The notes under the pieces: model-generated
The model's input: the letters and a program-made list of their open reading frames with translations, nothing else
Told to the model about the DNA's origin: nothing
Database searches by the model: none
In this document: positions 12,317 through 23,700 of the stretch, one piece after another
Layout: each line of letters opens with the position of its first letter
Numbering within the stretch: the stretch's first letter is position 1
Program-made: the position numbers and the translations under genes
Origin: Octopus sinensis
Taxonomy: Eukaryota
Assembly: GCF_006345805.1 (NCBI RefSeq)
Contig: NC_043005.1
Location: 34,658,001-34,722,000 of the forward strand
DNA length: 64,000 nt
Reading direction: 5' to 3'

Positions 12317-13759
12317 CCCTAGCATCTTAGAAAAAACACAGACAAAGCAACATTAATGATGATAATCTTTGAAATGCAAGAAGTAATGTAAAGAAGTAAA
12401 TAAACTGAATTGAATAAAAATCCTTTATATATGTAGATTATAAGTTATCAATAAAGGTATTAGAAGATATAATATCTATATATGATTATATATATATAAT
12501 ATATAATTTAATAATCATTTGAAATTATAAACATTCCAAATCATGCTGAAGAAATAAATTTATGTGCAAGCAGTTTTTTAATGATGACAAGCCTGTAGGT
12601 AGCAATTTTTTTGTGGTGTATTTGATTTTGTTGAATTGTAGCAAAGGTGGAGGTTGAAAAGTTCTAGTAGAACAAAAAGTAGCAATAGTTAAAACTGTTT
12701 AACGAGCACTGGGTTTGTACATTAGAATTATTAGAGTATAAGTTATAAAGTAGCTACGTGTGTGTATACCATCCATTTGTATCGCAATGGAGTGATTTGA
12801 CAGGAAACTCCTGATGTTAGAGAACAAAGACAGGTGTCCCATACGGGGACAAAATAGCTAGGATTTTTCATGTCTGGTATGTCAAAGGCCTGGCATTTTG
12901 CAAGGTATGTATTGATGCCAATGATAAGAATATTATTTTTATCAATGTTCTTAAAGATGAGAGACTGTGGCTATGTGACACAGCAGAACAAATCTCCTTA
13001 TATTGATGGTCACTGAGAAGTGAAAAAGAATGAAGATGGTAAAAATAGTAATTGCTTATGATTGTTTCCATCTTTGTAATATTCAAGATCTAATGATAAA
13101 ACAGCCAAATAACTAATATATTATTAACAAATTTATCTGGCACTTTGCTGTACTCAAGAAGACCCTTCTACCACAGCAGAACTGATATCCTAAAACCACC
13201 TTGGTAGTTCTTATCTCCATGCTATCTGTCCTATTAACCTTCTCCCCCCACATTTCATCCCCTAATACCCACACCTGAAAGCAGAATAGGCACATACTAC
13301 ATTCCTTGGTTCTGTCAGTTACCTTCCTTCCCCCATCAATCACCTCCTTTCTGCACTTTCTCTCTCCTCCCTGTGCTGCTCTCCATAAACAACACCTTGC
13401 TTACTCTAAATGCCCTCACATACCTACTTCAACTGCCCACCCTGAGCCTCTCCTTTATTTCTCTCCATCATTTGCTACAGTTACCACCTCTTGCCCACTC
13501 ACCTAGCCCAAACCTCTCTGTCACCTCATCTGTTCTCACCACCCCCAATGTCCCTTGAGGGTATGTACTGACACATTTCCGCCATCATCTCTCTCCCACT
13601 ATTGCTCTCTTCATCTTACTCATTCTCTTTTCTTTACGAACTGGAGCATCCATGTAACTACTCTACAGCAAGATACCTATATCTGTCCCTTCTATACCTT
13701 AAATCTCTTAAATGGGCACAAAGATACACACCCTCAATACTACTTTCCATGCCTAGTTG

Positions 13760-13988
13760 AGGGGGTTTTGTCTTGCCCCTGTCAGCTCTGATGCTACATA
13801 AAAAGCACTCAGTATATTCTGTAAAATGGTTGGCATTAGGAAGGATATCTAGCAGTAGAAATCATGATGAAACAGACAATGGAACCTGGTGTGGTTCCTG
13901 GCTTTGCCAGCTCCTATCAAATCATCCAATCAATGCCAGTATGGAGAACAGACATTAAAAAATGATGATGATGATGATGATGATGATG
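13760..13988 (+). mobile_element. Family B element
   Basis: ggttggcattaggaaggatatctagc core and (GAT)n tail. Confidence 0.75.
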
Positions 13989-14873
13989 AAATTGGCATTT
14001 TATTTTATTTCTAACAATGATAATTATACATTAATTATAAATTAATCTAAACTAGGAAAAAGAAAAAAGGAAAAAATTTCTGTGATATTTTACTATTGTA
14101 GCCAGGAAGACAACTCCTTATTTTAACATTACAAAACTGGAATCAAACAGTAGAGCCTATAAACCTCTGCATGATTCATGAAAAAATGTTTGGGTGTCAG
14201 TCTTTATATATAGATAGCATATATATTTTTCTCAGTTCATCTTGACAACGGACAAATTGTCTGAAGTGTTGACGTCTCTTTCTGCTTTTCACAGTCTAAT
14301 ACATTAACAGTCACTTTTGTATTGTTTTTTAGTTTGTTTTTGTCATTAGGGTTACTTGCTGACATAGACCAAGCCCTGGATTCTTTGGATATGATATCTT
14401 CCAACAGGCCCAAAACTCACAAATATTTTTACTCCAATACATGAGTAGTACTTATTTTACCCATTCCCCAGAGAAATGAAATGTAAGTTGACCTTTTGGA
14501 ATATGAATTCAAAATGTAATGGGAGATTCTGAATATATTTAACCCTGTACTTTACTGCTTCTGCCACATCACTGCCTTCTCACACCTTTAAGTATTAAAA
14601 CATCCTTGTTGACTTCTATTAACAAAGTTTGTGATAAAGGAAAGTAGCTAAGATTACAAATGAAATATATTTTGAATAGTACTGAAGAACAGAGAGAAGA
14701 AAATGGTAAAGGAGTGGAAGTTTCTTGTGAAAGAGGAATGTTGGTAAGTTTATTATGATGGACCAAACATGTTATGTCAGCATATTAGTGAGTGAGGTTT
14801 GTGATATTAGGATGAGCAGGATGATGTTGTTTCTTCTGGGTAAATGGAGGAAATGATTCAACGGATGGGGAGA

Positions 14874-14923
<50 letters not shown>

Positions 14924-15721
14924 CTATCTTGTCAGATAATGAGTTGGTTGTCAACAGTAGCTTCCTTCAGCTTTCTTTTGTGTATGCCTGTGTGTATTTA
15001 CTATGTTATTTTAATCTCTCACTGTCTCTATAAAAAATGAGTTTATGTATGAGAGAAAATGTGTGCTGTAATTGTGTTCAGTTGTGTGTGTAATTGTGTA
15101 TTTCAACATACATGGTTGTTCAGTTATGTGTATATATATTCTTTTATTGGCTTTGTGTGTTTATGTCAATATTTATGTATTTGTGCACATGTGTATGTGG
15201 TGGGGGTTTCTGATGAATGTAGGTGTAGGACAGTATGATGAAGGGGAGAAAGTGGTGCGTACATGTTTGGGGTGAGAAGACAAGTTCAACCAAAGTTCAC
15301 AGACAACAGTCACATGTAAAGTAGCTACTGCTGTAAATACCAAGTGCTAACTGACTGCTGCACATCATCATAATTATTATCATCATCATTATTAATATTG
15401 CTCTTACAAACATCATCACATACACACACACCAAAAAAAAATCACACTTCATCAACATGCAAGTCAGCCCAAGCAAAAAAAAAAAAAGTATTTATTTTTT
15501 CCTTTTTATTATTTTTTTTTGTTACACGATTATGAAGATGGGCATTTTAAGGGTAGGGAAATGATAAACTGGGATGTTTTTGGCTTTCCCAAGTGATATA
15601 TTTGAAACGAGGATGCCAATTAAAAATACCGCTGCCCCCGCCGCCACCACCACCACAACCACCACTATCACTATTGTAAAAGATGGCAGCAACGATGACA
15701 GCAATAACATTAAGTATTGCT

Positions 15722-16138
15722 TTAAGATTCTTTTCTGACTAATTTTGTTGAGGTATGGCATGTAACTATTATTGAGTTGATAATCCCATACAGTATAGGT
15801 TTTGTATCAGAATTTATTCCTTCACTTTCCATAATAATTTGTCCATATGGTTGATATTTCAGAATAAAACATTCAAGATATAGAACTGTTAAATTACTGA
15901 ACTTCAAATATTCTTTGGATTTCGCTCTGGCATTTAAAGGCTGTCATACCACCATCTTTAGCCTATTCATGAGAATAAAAATTGCTAAACAGGCATTTTT
16001 TTCCTCCAAATATGGTGATAATAATGTATGAGTTCCTTTCCAGTCCAGAGAGAGATTGAAATCTTTTCCTAACCACTCGGCTGTTGAATGGCCATTATGA
16101 TATGATGTTGTTCTTGCTTTTGTTCCCCTCCTCCCCTT
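15722..16138 (-). pseudogene. Unassigned coding-like segment, 139 codons with one internal stop
   Basis: KGRRGTKARTTSYHNGHSTAEWLGKDFNLSLDWKG...NRLKMVV*QPLNARAKSKEYLKFSNLTVLYLECFILKYQPYG...KES*; stop at 15944-15946. Confidence 0.45.
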
Positions 16139-16271
16139 TTATCCACATTTCTCATCTTCATGGTCCCTTATCTAGCTAAATAACTGTTTATAAGTAGTTA
16201 CAATAGATGGAACTATTTATTAGAGAGAAAGGCAGTATTAATATTGAGAGGTAATATTTATCCCCACTTAA

Positions 16272-16486
16272 CCCTTTCATTACTGTATTTATTTTAAGAT
16301 GCACTGTATTTTTTTCAATTATTTTAAATATAACAAAGAATTTAGTAAAATAACTTGGTTATTATTAAGCTAGTATTAGGAACCTAAATTGTGACTAAGG
16401 TTTGGTGGAAGATTTCAATTCAAAACTTATGAAAACAAGATATTTGTACTACAGAGCCAGTTTCAGCTAGGTTGGTAACAAAAGGG
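16272..16486. mobile_element. piggyBac-type MITE (TTAA TSD)
   Basis: ttaa|ccctttcattact ... gtaacaaaaggg|ttaa; internal sequence is the reverse complement of 22862-23081. Confidence 0.85.
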
Positions 16487-16654
16487 TTAAACATGGATGT
16501 TCTGTTAGAACAAATTATATTGTGGTAGGTACCATGAGAGAAACTCTCATATTGGCTTTTACAAGAGTGCGTTTTGCACCAAAAGCCAATATGAGAGTTT
16601 CTCTCAAGGTAACTACCACAGTATAGTTTGTTCTATCAGAACATCCATGTTTAA
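16487..16654. repeat. Long fold-back hairpin: 74-bp arms, 20-nt loop
   Basis: 16487-16560 vs reverse complement of 16581-16654, 5 mismatches. Confidence 0.95.
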
Positions 16655-16924
16655 GAGGTGATAAGTAGAAGGAACATCCATGCAAACTTACTTTATAAAA
16701 GATAGATAAATTAATAAAGCAATACCATATGGTTTTGTACCAAGTAATTTCATTTTACTCACTTTCAATAATAAATTCTCTATGTAGTTCTGATATTTCA
16801 ACACAACACTCCATTAGTTGTATAAATTAATACATCAGAGGTGTATAAACACACCATAGGTATATAAATTAAGTGCCATTCAATAGTTAGATAATTCTTA
16901 TTTTGATTCTTTGAAGTGTAATGA

Positions 16925-17280
16925 TTACATGACAATTTCCCATTTCTTTACATAGTTCCTTACATTTTTTATTGAACACAGGTCTTTTGAGCTGAAGGAG
17001 TTGGGTAGCAGAGGGCAGACAAGGCAGTGCTTTATAGTATGGTCTGTTTCTTCACATTCACAGGTGATTGAGCCAGTCTTGTCCCATTTGGCCAAAATAG
17101 ATACCACAAAGTATCAAGTCAGGTACACATCTTTTTGGGACAAAGGTATGACTACTAAATTATAGCAGAGCCGAATAAGGAATGTATGACATTGACACTT
17201 TTCCAAAATATATCCACAATCTAATGGAATCATCTGCCAAAAACTGCCCCTGGTTCTTTGATACAAACTTCATGTTTTAA
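16925..17280 (-). mobile_element. Non-LTR retrotransposon C-terminal zinc-knuckle remnant (Ingi/I-group-like)
   Basis: LAKWDKTGSITCECEETDHTIKHCLVCPLLP..SSKDL matches the CxC...H....CP motif. Confidence 0.6.
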
Positions 17281-18224
17281 AGTGATCTTAATTAAAACCT
17301 TTTATGAAAATTTCATGTTAATTTATGTTCCAAATACAAGCTTACAAAGTTATTTTAATAAATTTTTTATTATTTCCAAAATTAATTGAAACAAAATCAG
17401 TGCATTTCAAAAGAAATATGGTTCCAAAAAGGTTTAAATTTACACACCTGACTAGTAAAAGTTCTTTACATCATTCATTAAAAAAAAGTATGGCTATAGC
17501 TGTTGTTTGTTCCCAGGTGAGTTCTGATGGAACAACACACATATGATCAAAGACATTCCAGCCATGACCAACCTTTCTTATTTTTAGATTGTGTATCCAA
17601 CATTGTGTTCCCAAATGTGCCCTTTTTATAAGCCTGCAGGGCGTGATTTAGATGGTGATTTGGCTGCTATTTCTAACAGGTCATGCAAGCACTCTGACTT
17701 AATTACAGAACCTTACATATAGTGGTGGTGGTGGTGGCAGTACTAGTAATAGTAAGAGCATGTCATGATGACATTTTTCTTTGACAAAGTGCAAGACCTT
17801 GTTTTCTAAGACAGGAGTGTTTGTTGGAAGAGCCAAGCCAATATCTTACTTGTAGGCCCTGGAGGAAAGGGAATAAAAGAACATATTCCACTACATTTCA
17901 GAACAGATCTTGTTTAGATAAAGACAGCCTTCCGGTATCAGCTCCAGTATATTACACATAACAACAACAATAATAATATAAAGCATGCTTCTGAAGTATC
18001 ATATTTATTCATCAGCACACTACAACAACAACAACAACAGTAATAATAAAGCATATTTCTGAGGCATCCTGTTTTTTTTTTTTATTAATGCTCTACAACC
18101 ATTTTTCCAGCAAGAGCAAACTGTTCCTGTGATACAATTAGATTTTTATCAAAGTAATTTAAATTTTCAGTTTTGGGATTTGGTTTGCAAGATTCTTTAT
18201 ATGAGTTTGTGTGTTGAAGCATAT

Positions 18225-18408
18225 TCTGTTGTGTCTGGGGAGAGTCATTTTCTTTTTGTGCCTTATTATTTAACACACTCACTGGTAAAATTTCCACTTT
18301 TTAAAAATTTTTATTGTCCTAAAAATAAGAAAAAAGTGGAAATTTTACCGGTGAGTGTGTTAAATAATAAGGCACAAAAAGAAAATGACTCTCCTCAGAC
18401 ACAACAGA
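18225..18408. repeat. Fold-back duplication: 78-bp arms, 28-nt spacer
   Basis: 18225-18302 vs 18331-18408, 2 mismatches; the same peptide (EILPVSVLNNKAQKENDSPQTQQ) appears in ORFs on both strands. Confidence 0.95.
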
Positions 18409-18525
18409 TTTAAACTTTCAAGTTTAATGAAAATACCTAATATTTTGTTTGTTGCACAAATGACCTGATGTGTAGATTGCAAAGTGGATTGAAACAGGAT
18501 ATGTTAACAAATGTATGTATAAATA

Positions 18526-18908
18526 CAAGGCATGACCGTGAGGTAAGAAGCTTGCTTCCTAACTACATGGTCCTGGGTTCAGTTCCACTGTATGTCACCT
18601 TGGGCAAGTGTCTTCTACTATAGCCTTGAGCCAACCAAAGCCTTGTGAGTAGATTTGGTAAATGGAAACTGAAAGAAGCCCATCACATGTATATGTGTGT
18701 GTTTTTGTGTCTGAGTCTGTCCCCTTCCACCACTTGACAACCAGTGTTGGTTTGTTTATGTCCCCATAACTTAGTTTGGTAAAAGAGACCAACAGAATAA
18801 CTATTAGACATAAAGAAAAAATGTATTGGGGTTGATTCATTCAGCTAAAATTCTTCAAGGCAGTGCCCCAGCATGGTCGCTGTTTACTGACTGAAACAAG
18901 TAATAGAT
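18526..18908 (+). mobile_element. tRNA-derived SINE family C (bipartite, internal microsatellite spacer)
   Basis: gtaagaagcttgcttcc, B box gggttcagttcc, ccttgggcaagtgtcttctactatagcc, 3' tgactgaaacaagt. Confidence 0.88.
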
Positions 18909-19534
18909 AGAATACATATAGTTTTTGTAAGGTCACCTTGATTCAGTCAATTTCTGATTAAAAGTATTTCAACCCTTGTCATTTGTCTTTAAGTCAACAT
19001 CCTTTTCTTAGAATCTGACTTGAGGGAGATTTGGTTGGTATTTATAGCAAGTCAAGTCATGTTACATTTTTATATTGATGTCCACCACTCCTGGATGGGA
19101 TTTGAGGTGAGTTGTCTCACCTGTCCATGACTTTCAGGTTTTTTAACACTCAACACATGTTTGATAATGATTATTACACTAACGCTACTTCTATTTCATA
19201 TTTCAATATGGCGGTGCCAGACAAGCTACCCATCAATAGCAGCACTCTCTCTCTTCTTCTTTTTCACTCTCTTTATTTCATCTGTCTTACCCTGACTCTT
19301 CTTTTGACACACCTATATCCTTATCAAAATAAGTTCTGCCGTATTAACTAGGATGGTGAATACATATTTTCTAGAGTTTCACAGCGCAAGTGAACAAAGG
19401 ACTAACCAAAACCTCCTCCTCAAATCTAGGATGGTGGTGGTAAACTGGTTGAAATGTGAGAATAGTGGATAGGCTGCCTTCCTGTATTTCTAGTGGTTCT
19501 TTGTATTCTGAGTTCAAATCCCATCATGACTTAC

Positions 19535-19680
19535 TGGTAGAGTCGACTTTATTATTTGCTTGAATACCACAACTTGGTTCCTTGAGTAACTTCAATGGAG
19601 TGAACTCTACAGCAGACATTGAAGCCAGGACTCCAGTTTCAGGATATTTGCCTCTCTCCATCCCATCAATTTCAGGGTCC
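19535..19680 (-). CDS. Candidate exon: (x)DPEIDGMERGKYPETGVLASMSAVEFTPLKLLKEPSCGIQANNKVDST
   Basis: Acceptor tatgacctttacag, donor cca/gtaagt, open frame, codon-level homology to 20079-20180; the 3' edge abuts a SINE remnant, so the donor is uncertain. Confidence 0.45.
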
Positions 19681-20078
19681 CTGTAAAGGTCATAGACACT
19701 GTTCTTCTACACCACCAAATTTAAACAGATCTCATAATGACTATAAGATTGTCACTGATCGCGGTAATAGAATAACAAGATACAAAATGTATGGAGATGT
19801 TGGACTGTTTATATTTTCTATCTACTTCTAATGGTGCTGGCAGGTATTGACATATAGACAGGCAACTGCCAGAGTCAATTCCATACCTATCTCTTATTTC
19901 ATTGGCTACTTCACTACACCCTGGAGTTGTTACCATGACTACCAAACATCAGATTCATTCTCCATTGCATGACAAATATTTCATTTTTAATCAATTTAAA
20001 TTTCAGAGTTCTCTGCCTTACCTTTTCATATTTTTCTTTTTATCAAGAAGACGGGAGGCAGTACCTGACATTTTATAG

Positions 20079-20180
20079 GAATAACGAGATTGAAGGGGGA
20101 CAGAAGGATCCTCAAACTGGAAATCTGGCTCAAATGCTTGCAATAGAGTGGATCCCCACTAAAAATACCCATGGTTACAG
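20079..20180 (+). CDS. Candidate exon: (x)NNEIEGGQKDPQTGNLAQMLAIEWIPTKNTHGY
   Basis: Acceptor ctgacattttatag, possible donor cag/gtggtg (102 nt, frame-preserving), homology to the minus-strand segment. Confidence 0.45.
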
Positions 20181-22861
20181 GTGGTGGTAGGGGACAGGTT
20201 AAGTCTACCATCTATGTAGGCCCTGGTGGGATGTGAACTCAGAATGCCAACAGCTGGTACAAATACCACAAGGTATTAGATCCTACATTGTTATAATTCC
20301 ATGAAGTCCCTACCTTGGATTGATACTTTATATCATTGACCTTGGAAAGAGGAAAGGAAAAGCTGACCTAGTTGTGATTTGAACTGAGAGTATTGAGAGT
20401 CACAACAAATACCACAAAGAATTTTGTCTGATGCTCTAATGCTTCTAATACCAATTCACCCCACTCAGTATAAATGCAATTTCAATTACCAAACCATTTG
20501 TTCAGGTTCACTGCACTAAATATATTAACCTGCACTTAACTATTTGTTTTTCATGCAGAAAGTATGCCAGTGTTTTCATTCTAAGGTTTAAATAGAAGAG
20601 AAAGTTGACCAGATATTATTTAACAAGACAAAATATTGGTTTAGGACCATTACAACTATGCTATAAGTTTAATACAAAGATGTATTAATTGAAAAAAAAC
20701 ATCTGACATGGATTAAACAACACAAACTGTTGATGGTTTATTGTAGTTCATTTAAAGCAAAGACAGATCTAAATTTAAGGCTTGTTAACAAATTAAATAT
20801 TATAATCCTGATAAGGAATTAAAATAAAATAAACAGCACTAATTTACATAAAGACTGGAGAATATGTCCCAAGGATGCTTTCTGCATTGGTTAAACATCT
20901 GATACAACTAACAGCACATCACATGATACTTAGTGACAACAACAATTTCTGGAAGAGAGATGGCTATCATTTAGCCTGTCACATAACATAAATACCTCAC
21001 CATAAATACTCTTTAGGTAGCTTGTTGTACATCTCTCTCTTTCTTGTGAAGTATCTGTCCTTTTCCAAATAAAATATTTTAGATATTTTTCAGAGAAAGG
21101 ACAAACACAAGGCCTTGTGATAGCCCTTGTCAGGACAATTTTATGAGTTGTTATGCACACAAGCATAAATTAATGTGCATGACATACACACAGACACAGA
21201 TGCACTCATTTTTCATATACACACAAGCACACATTTAATGGTGATTTTAATTTCATAAAGAGCAATTTTTTTACCTTTTTTTTAACAGCTTTTTAAAGGA
21301 GACTTAGGAATGAAGGACTATTTAAATAGATACTGAACTAAGTAATAATAACAACAGCAGCTGCAACAACAACAACAACAACAACAACAATAATAAAATG
21401 ATAATATTTGGGGACCCTATCATTTCAGTAACAATAAAAATTCCTTGCAGTAAATGAAATTTAAGTATTTCCCACACAATCTGTAACATGATAGGGTTAC
21501 TGCTACAATAAAACAGTATTAAATGATTAATATGTAATCATTTTAATATCAACACTTCCTCCCTCACACTTCCCTGGCATCTGGCAATTAGGGTGAAACA
21601 TACCTAAGTTGAAAACATCCAAAGTGTTGCCTTGACAACAATGTGTTCCAGCGAAGAAAATGTCGGGTGAGGGGTGGTGGGCGACAAGGATTTTTCTCAT
21701 CTTCTTTTATGTAGTTGAGAAGAGAAACAGTGGAGGTACTTTGGTGAAAGAATTAAATGAGGGAGGGAAACATGTAAGGGTTTAGTTGTAATATGGAGGG
21801 AGGGACAGTTGTAACATGGGGGGGGGGTGAGGTAGCTGTAACATAGGGATGGGAATGAGTGGTAACATGAAGGGAAGGTAGTGATAGTATGGAGAGGGTT
21901 TGATTATAATACAGAGTGGGTAGCTGTGATACAGAGGGCAGGTTAGTTGCAATATGGATGGAGGAGTTTGTAATAAAGAGAGCTTAGGAATAAAAACAGA
22001 GTTATGGTGGTAGCAGGAAGGGGATGTGGGCAAGTTAGTCTTACAATTTTAGAATAAATCATTCAAAAAATTCAAAATAAAAAAAATTATAAAAAAACGA
22101 AGGAAAGCAGTTGAAGAAAAGTCTTGACTGCCTGGTCATGTGATTATTTTCTTTATTTTGTAGTTTTACATAATCACTTCCAGAAGACTGCAATGATGAG
22201 AGAATGGTTCTTGAAGTTTAGTGATTCTGAGCTAACTGGCCCCAATATGTTAGTAGTTAACTAACCCTAATATATCCCAGGTGTAATGTATATCTACATA
22301 CAAATTAACAACAAATTACAACACAGAATTAATTGGATGATGAATGATCATGCAACAAAACATACTACAAGTTAATGAGTTATACTGAATTATTTAGATA
22401 ACGGAATGTACCTAGGTATCATCAACATGGCACAGCACACCACTAGTTAACGGGGTCCAGACAAAACACCTCTAGGATAAAAGCCATCTCTGGACTATGT
22501 AAATGAGAGGACAACAATTGAGGAACTGCTGAAAGGTGCAGGGCACAGCATCAGGTTGTAGCAAGATGAACTTTAAATGAACCTCAACAGTTAATGATAT
22601 TTTCAATACTGTGTTTGTTCTAATTTTTCAAAGATATGGCATGATGCTCTTTTTATTATGCTCATTTTGTGATTGGGGTTATTACATAATGTATTATTTT
22701 ACACATAAGAGAAGTGTTCATAAACTACAAATACTAAGAATAAAAATTATGATATAAAAATTGCTTGTTTTTTTGCCTTCAGTTTTTTTTTTCTAGTTTT
22801 GTCTTAGATGGGGTTTTGTTCAACATTCCTAGTTAACAAGTCACACCACACAACCAGTTAA

Positions 22862-23081
22862 CCCTTTTGTTACTAACCCGGCCAAAACCGGCTCTGGCTC
22901 TGTGGTAAAATGTCTTGTTTTCATAAGTTTTGAATTAAAATATTCCACCAAGCCTGAGTCACAATTTATATTCCTAACACTAAATTAATGATAACTAAGT
23001 TATTTTACTAAATTCTTTCTTATATTTAAAATAATTGAAAGAAACATAGAGCATCTCAAAATAAATACAGTAACAAAAGGG
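22862..23081. mobile_element. piggyBac-type MITE, second copy, inverted relative to 16272-16486
   Basis: Perfect 13-bp TIR cccttttgttact / agtaacaaaaggg, TTAA on both sides. Confidence 0.9.
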
Positions 23082-23329
23082 TTAAGAAGGCAAACTATAC
23101 TACCAATTAACAAGATACAACACATTTTCAATAAACAATGCAACATGCTGAACAGTGAGGACAACTTGAGGAGACAACTTGTATTAGTTAACATCACAAA
23201 TCACATAGCCAATAAATAAGGCCCAACACTCAGTCAGTTAAGTGAGCAGGACAAGAAATATGCATGCATACATACAGACAGGCAGGCAAGTAAGCAGATA
23301 CACAGACAGACAGACAGACAGACAGACAA

Positions 23330-23698
23330 GTATGGCTATGTGGTTAAGAAGCTATCTTTGCAACCATGTGATTTCAGGTTCAGTCCTACTGTGCAGCACT
23401 TAGGATGTCTTCTACTATAGCCACTGGCCAACTAATGCCTTGTGAGTGAATTTGATAGTCAGAAACTGTGTGAAAGCCTATCATGTATGTGTATGTGTGT
23501 GTCTGTCTGTCTGTCACCCACCCACCATTGCTTGATAACTATTGTTGGTTTGATTATGTTCCTTGTAACTTAGCAGTTTAGCAAAAGAGACTAAATACTA
23601 GGCTTGATTTTTTTTTTTTTTGACCAGACCTTTCAAGACAGTGCCCTAGCATGGCCATAGTACAATGACTGAAACCTGTAAATGATAAAAGATATACA
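23330..23698 (+). mobile_element. SINE family C
   Basis: tggctatgtggttaagaag, caggttcagtcc, family C body and 3' end. Confidence 0.85.
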
Positions 23699-23700
23699 TA

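Noticed and set aside
21715-21735. Plus-strand 21-nt microexon; also 14350-14442 (GLLADIDQALDSLDM...) and 12862-12904
   Set aside because: Splice-like signals only, competing candidates on the opposite strand, and no independent support
21780-22030. G-rich degenerate tandem tract as a G-quadruplex or Pro-rich exon
   Set aside because: Irregular G-runs, no splice or context support; low-complexity DNA is common in this window
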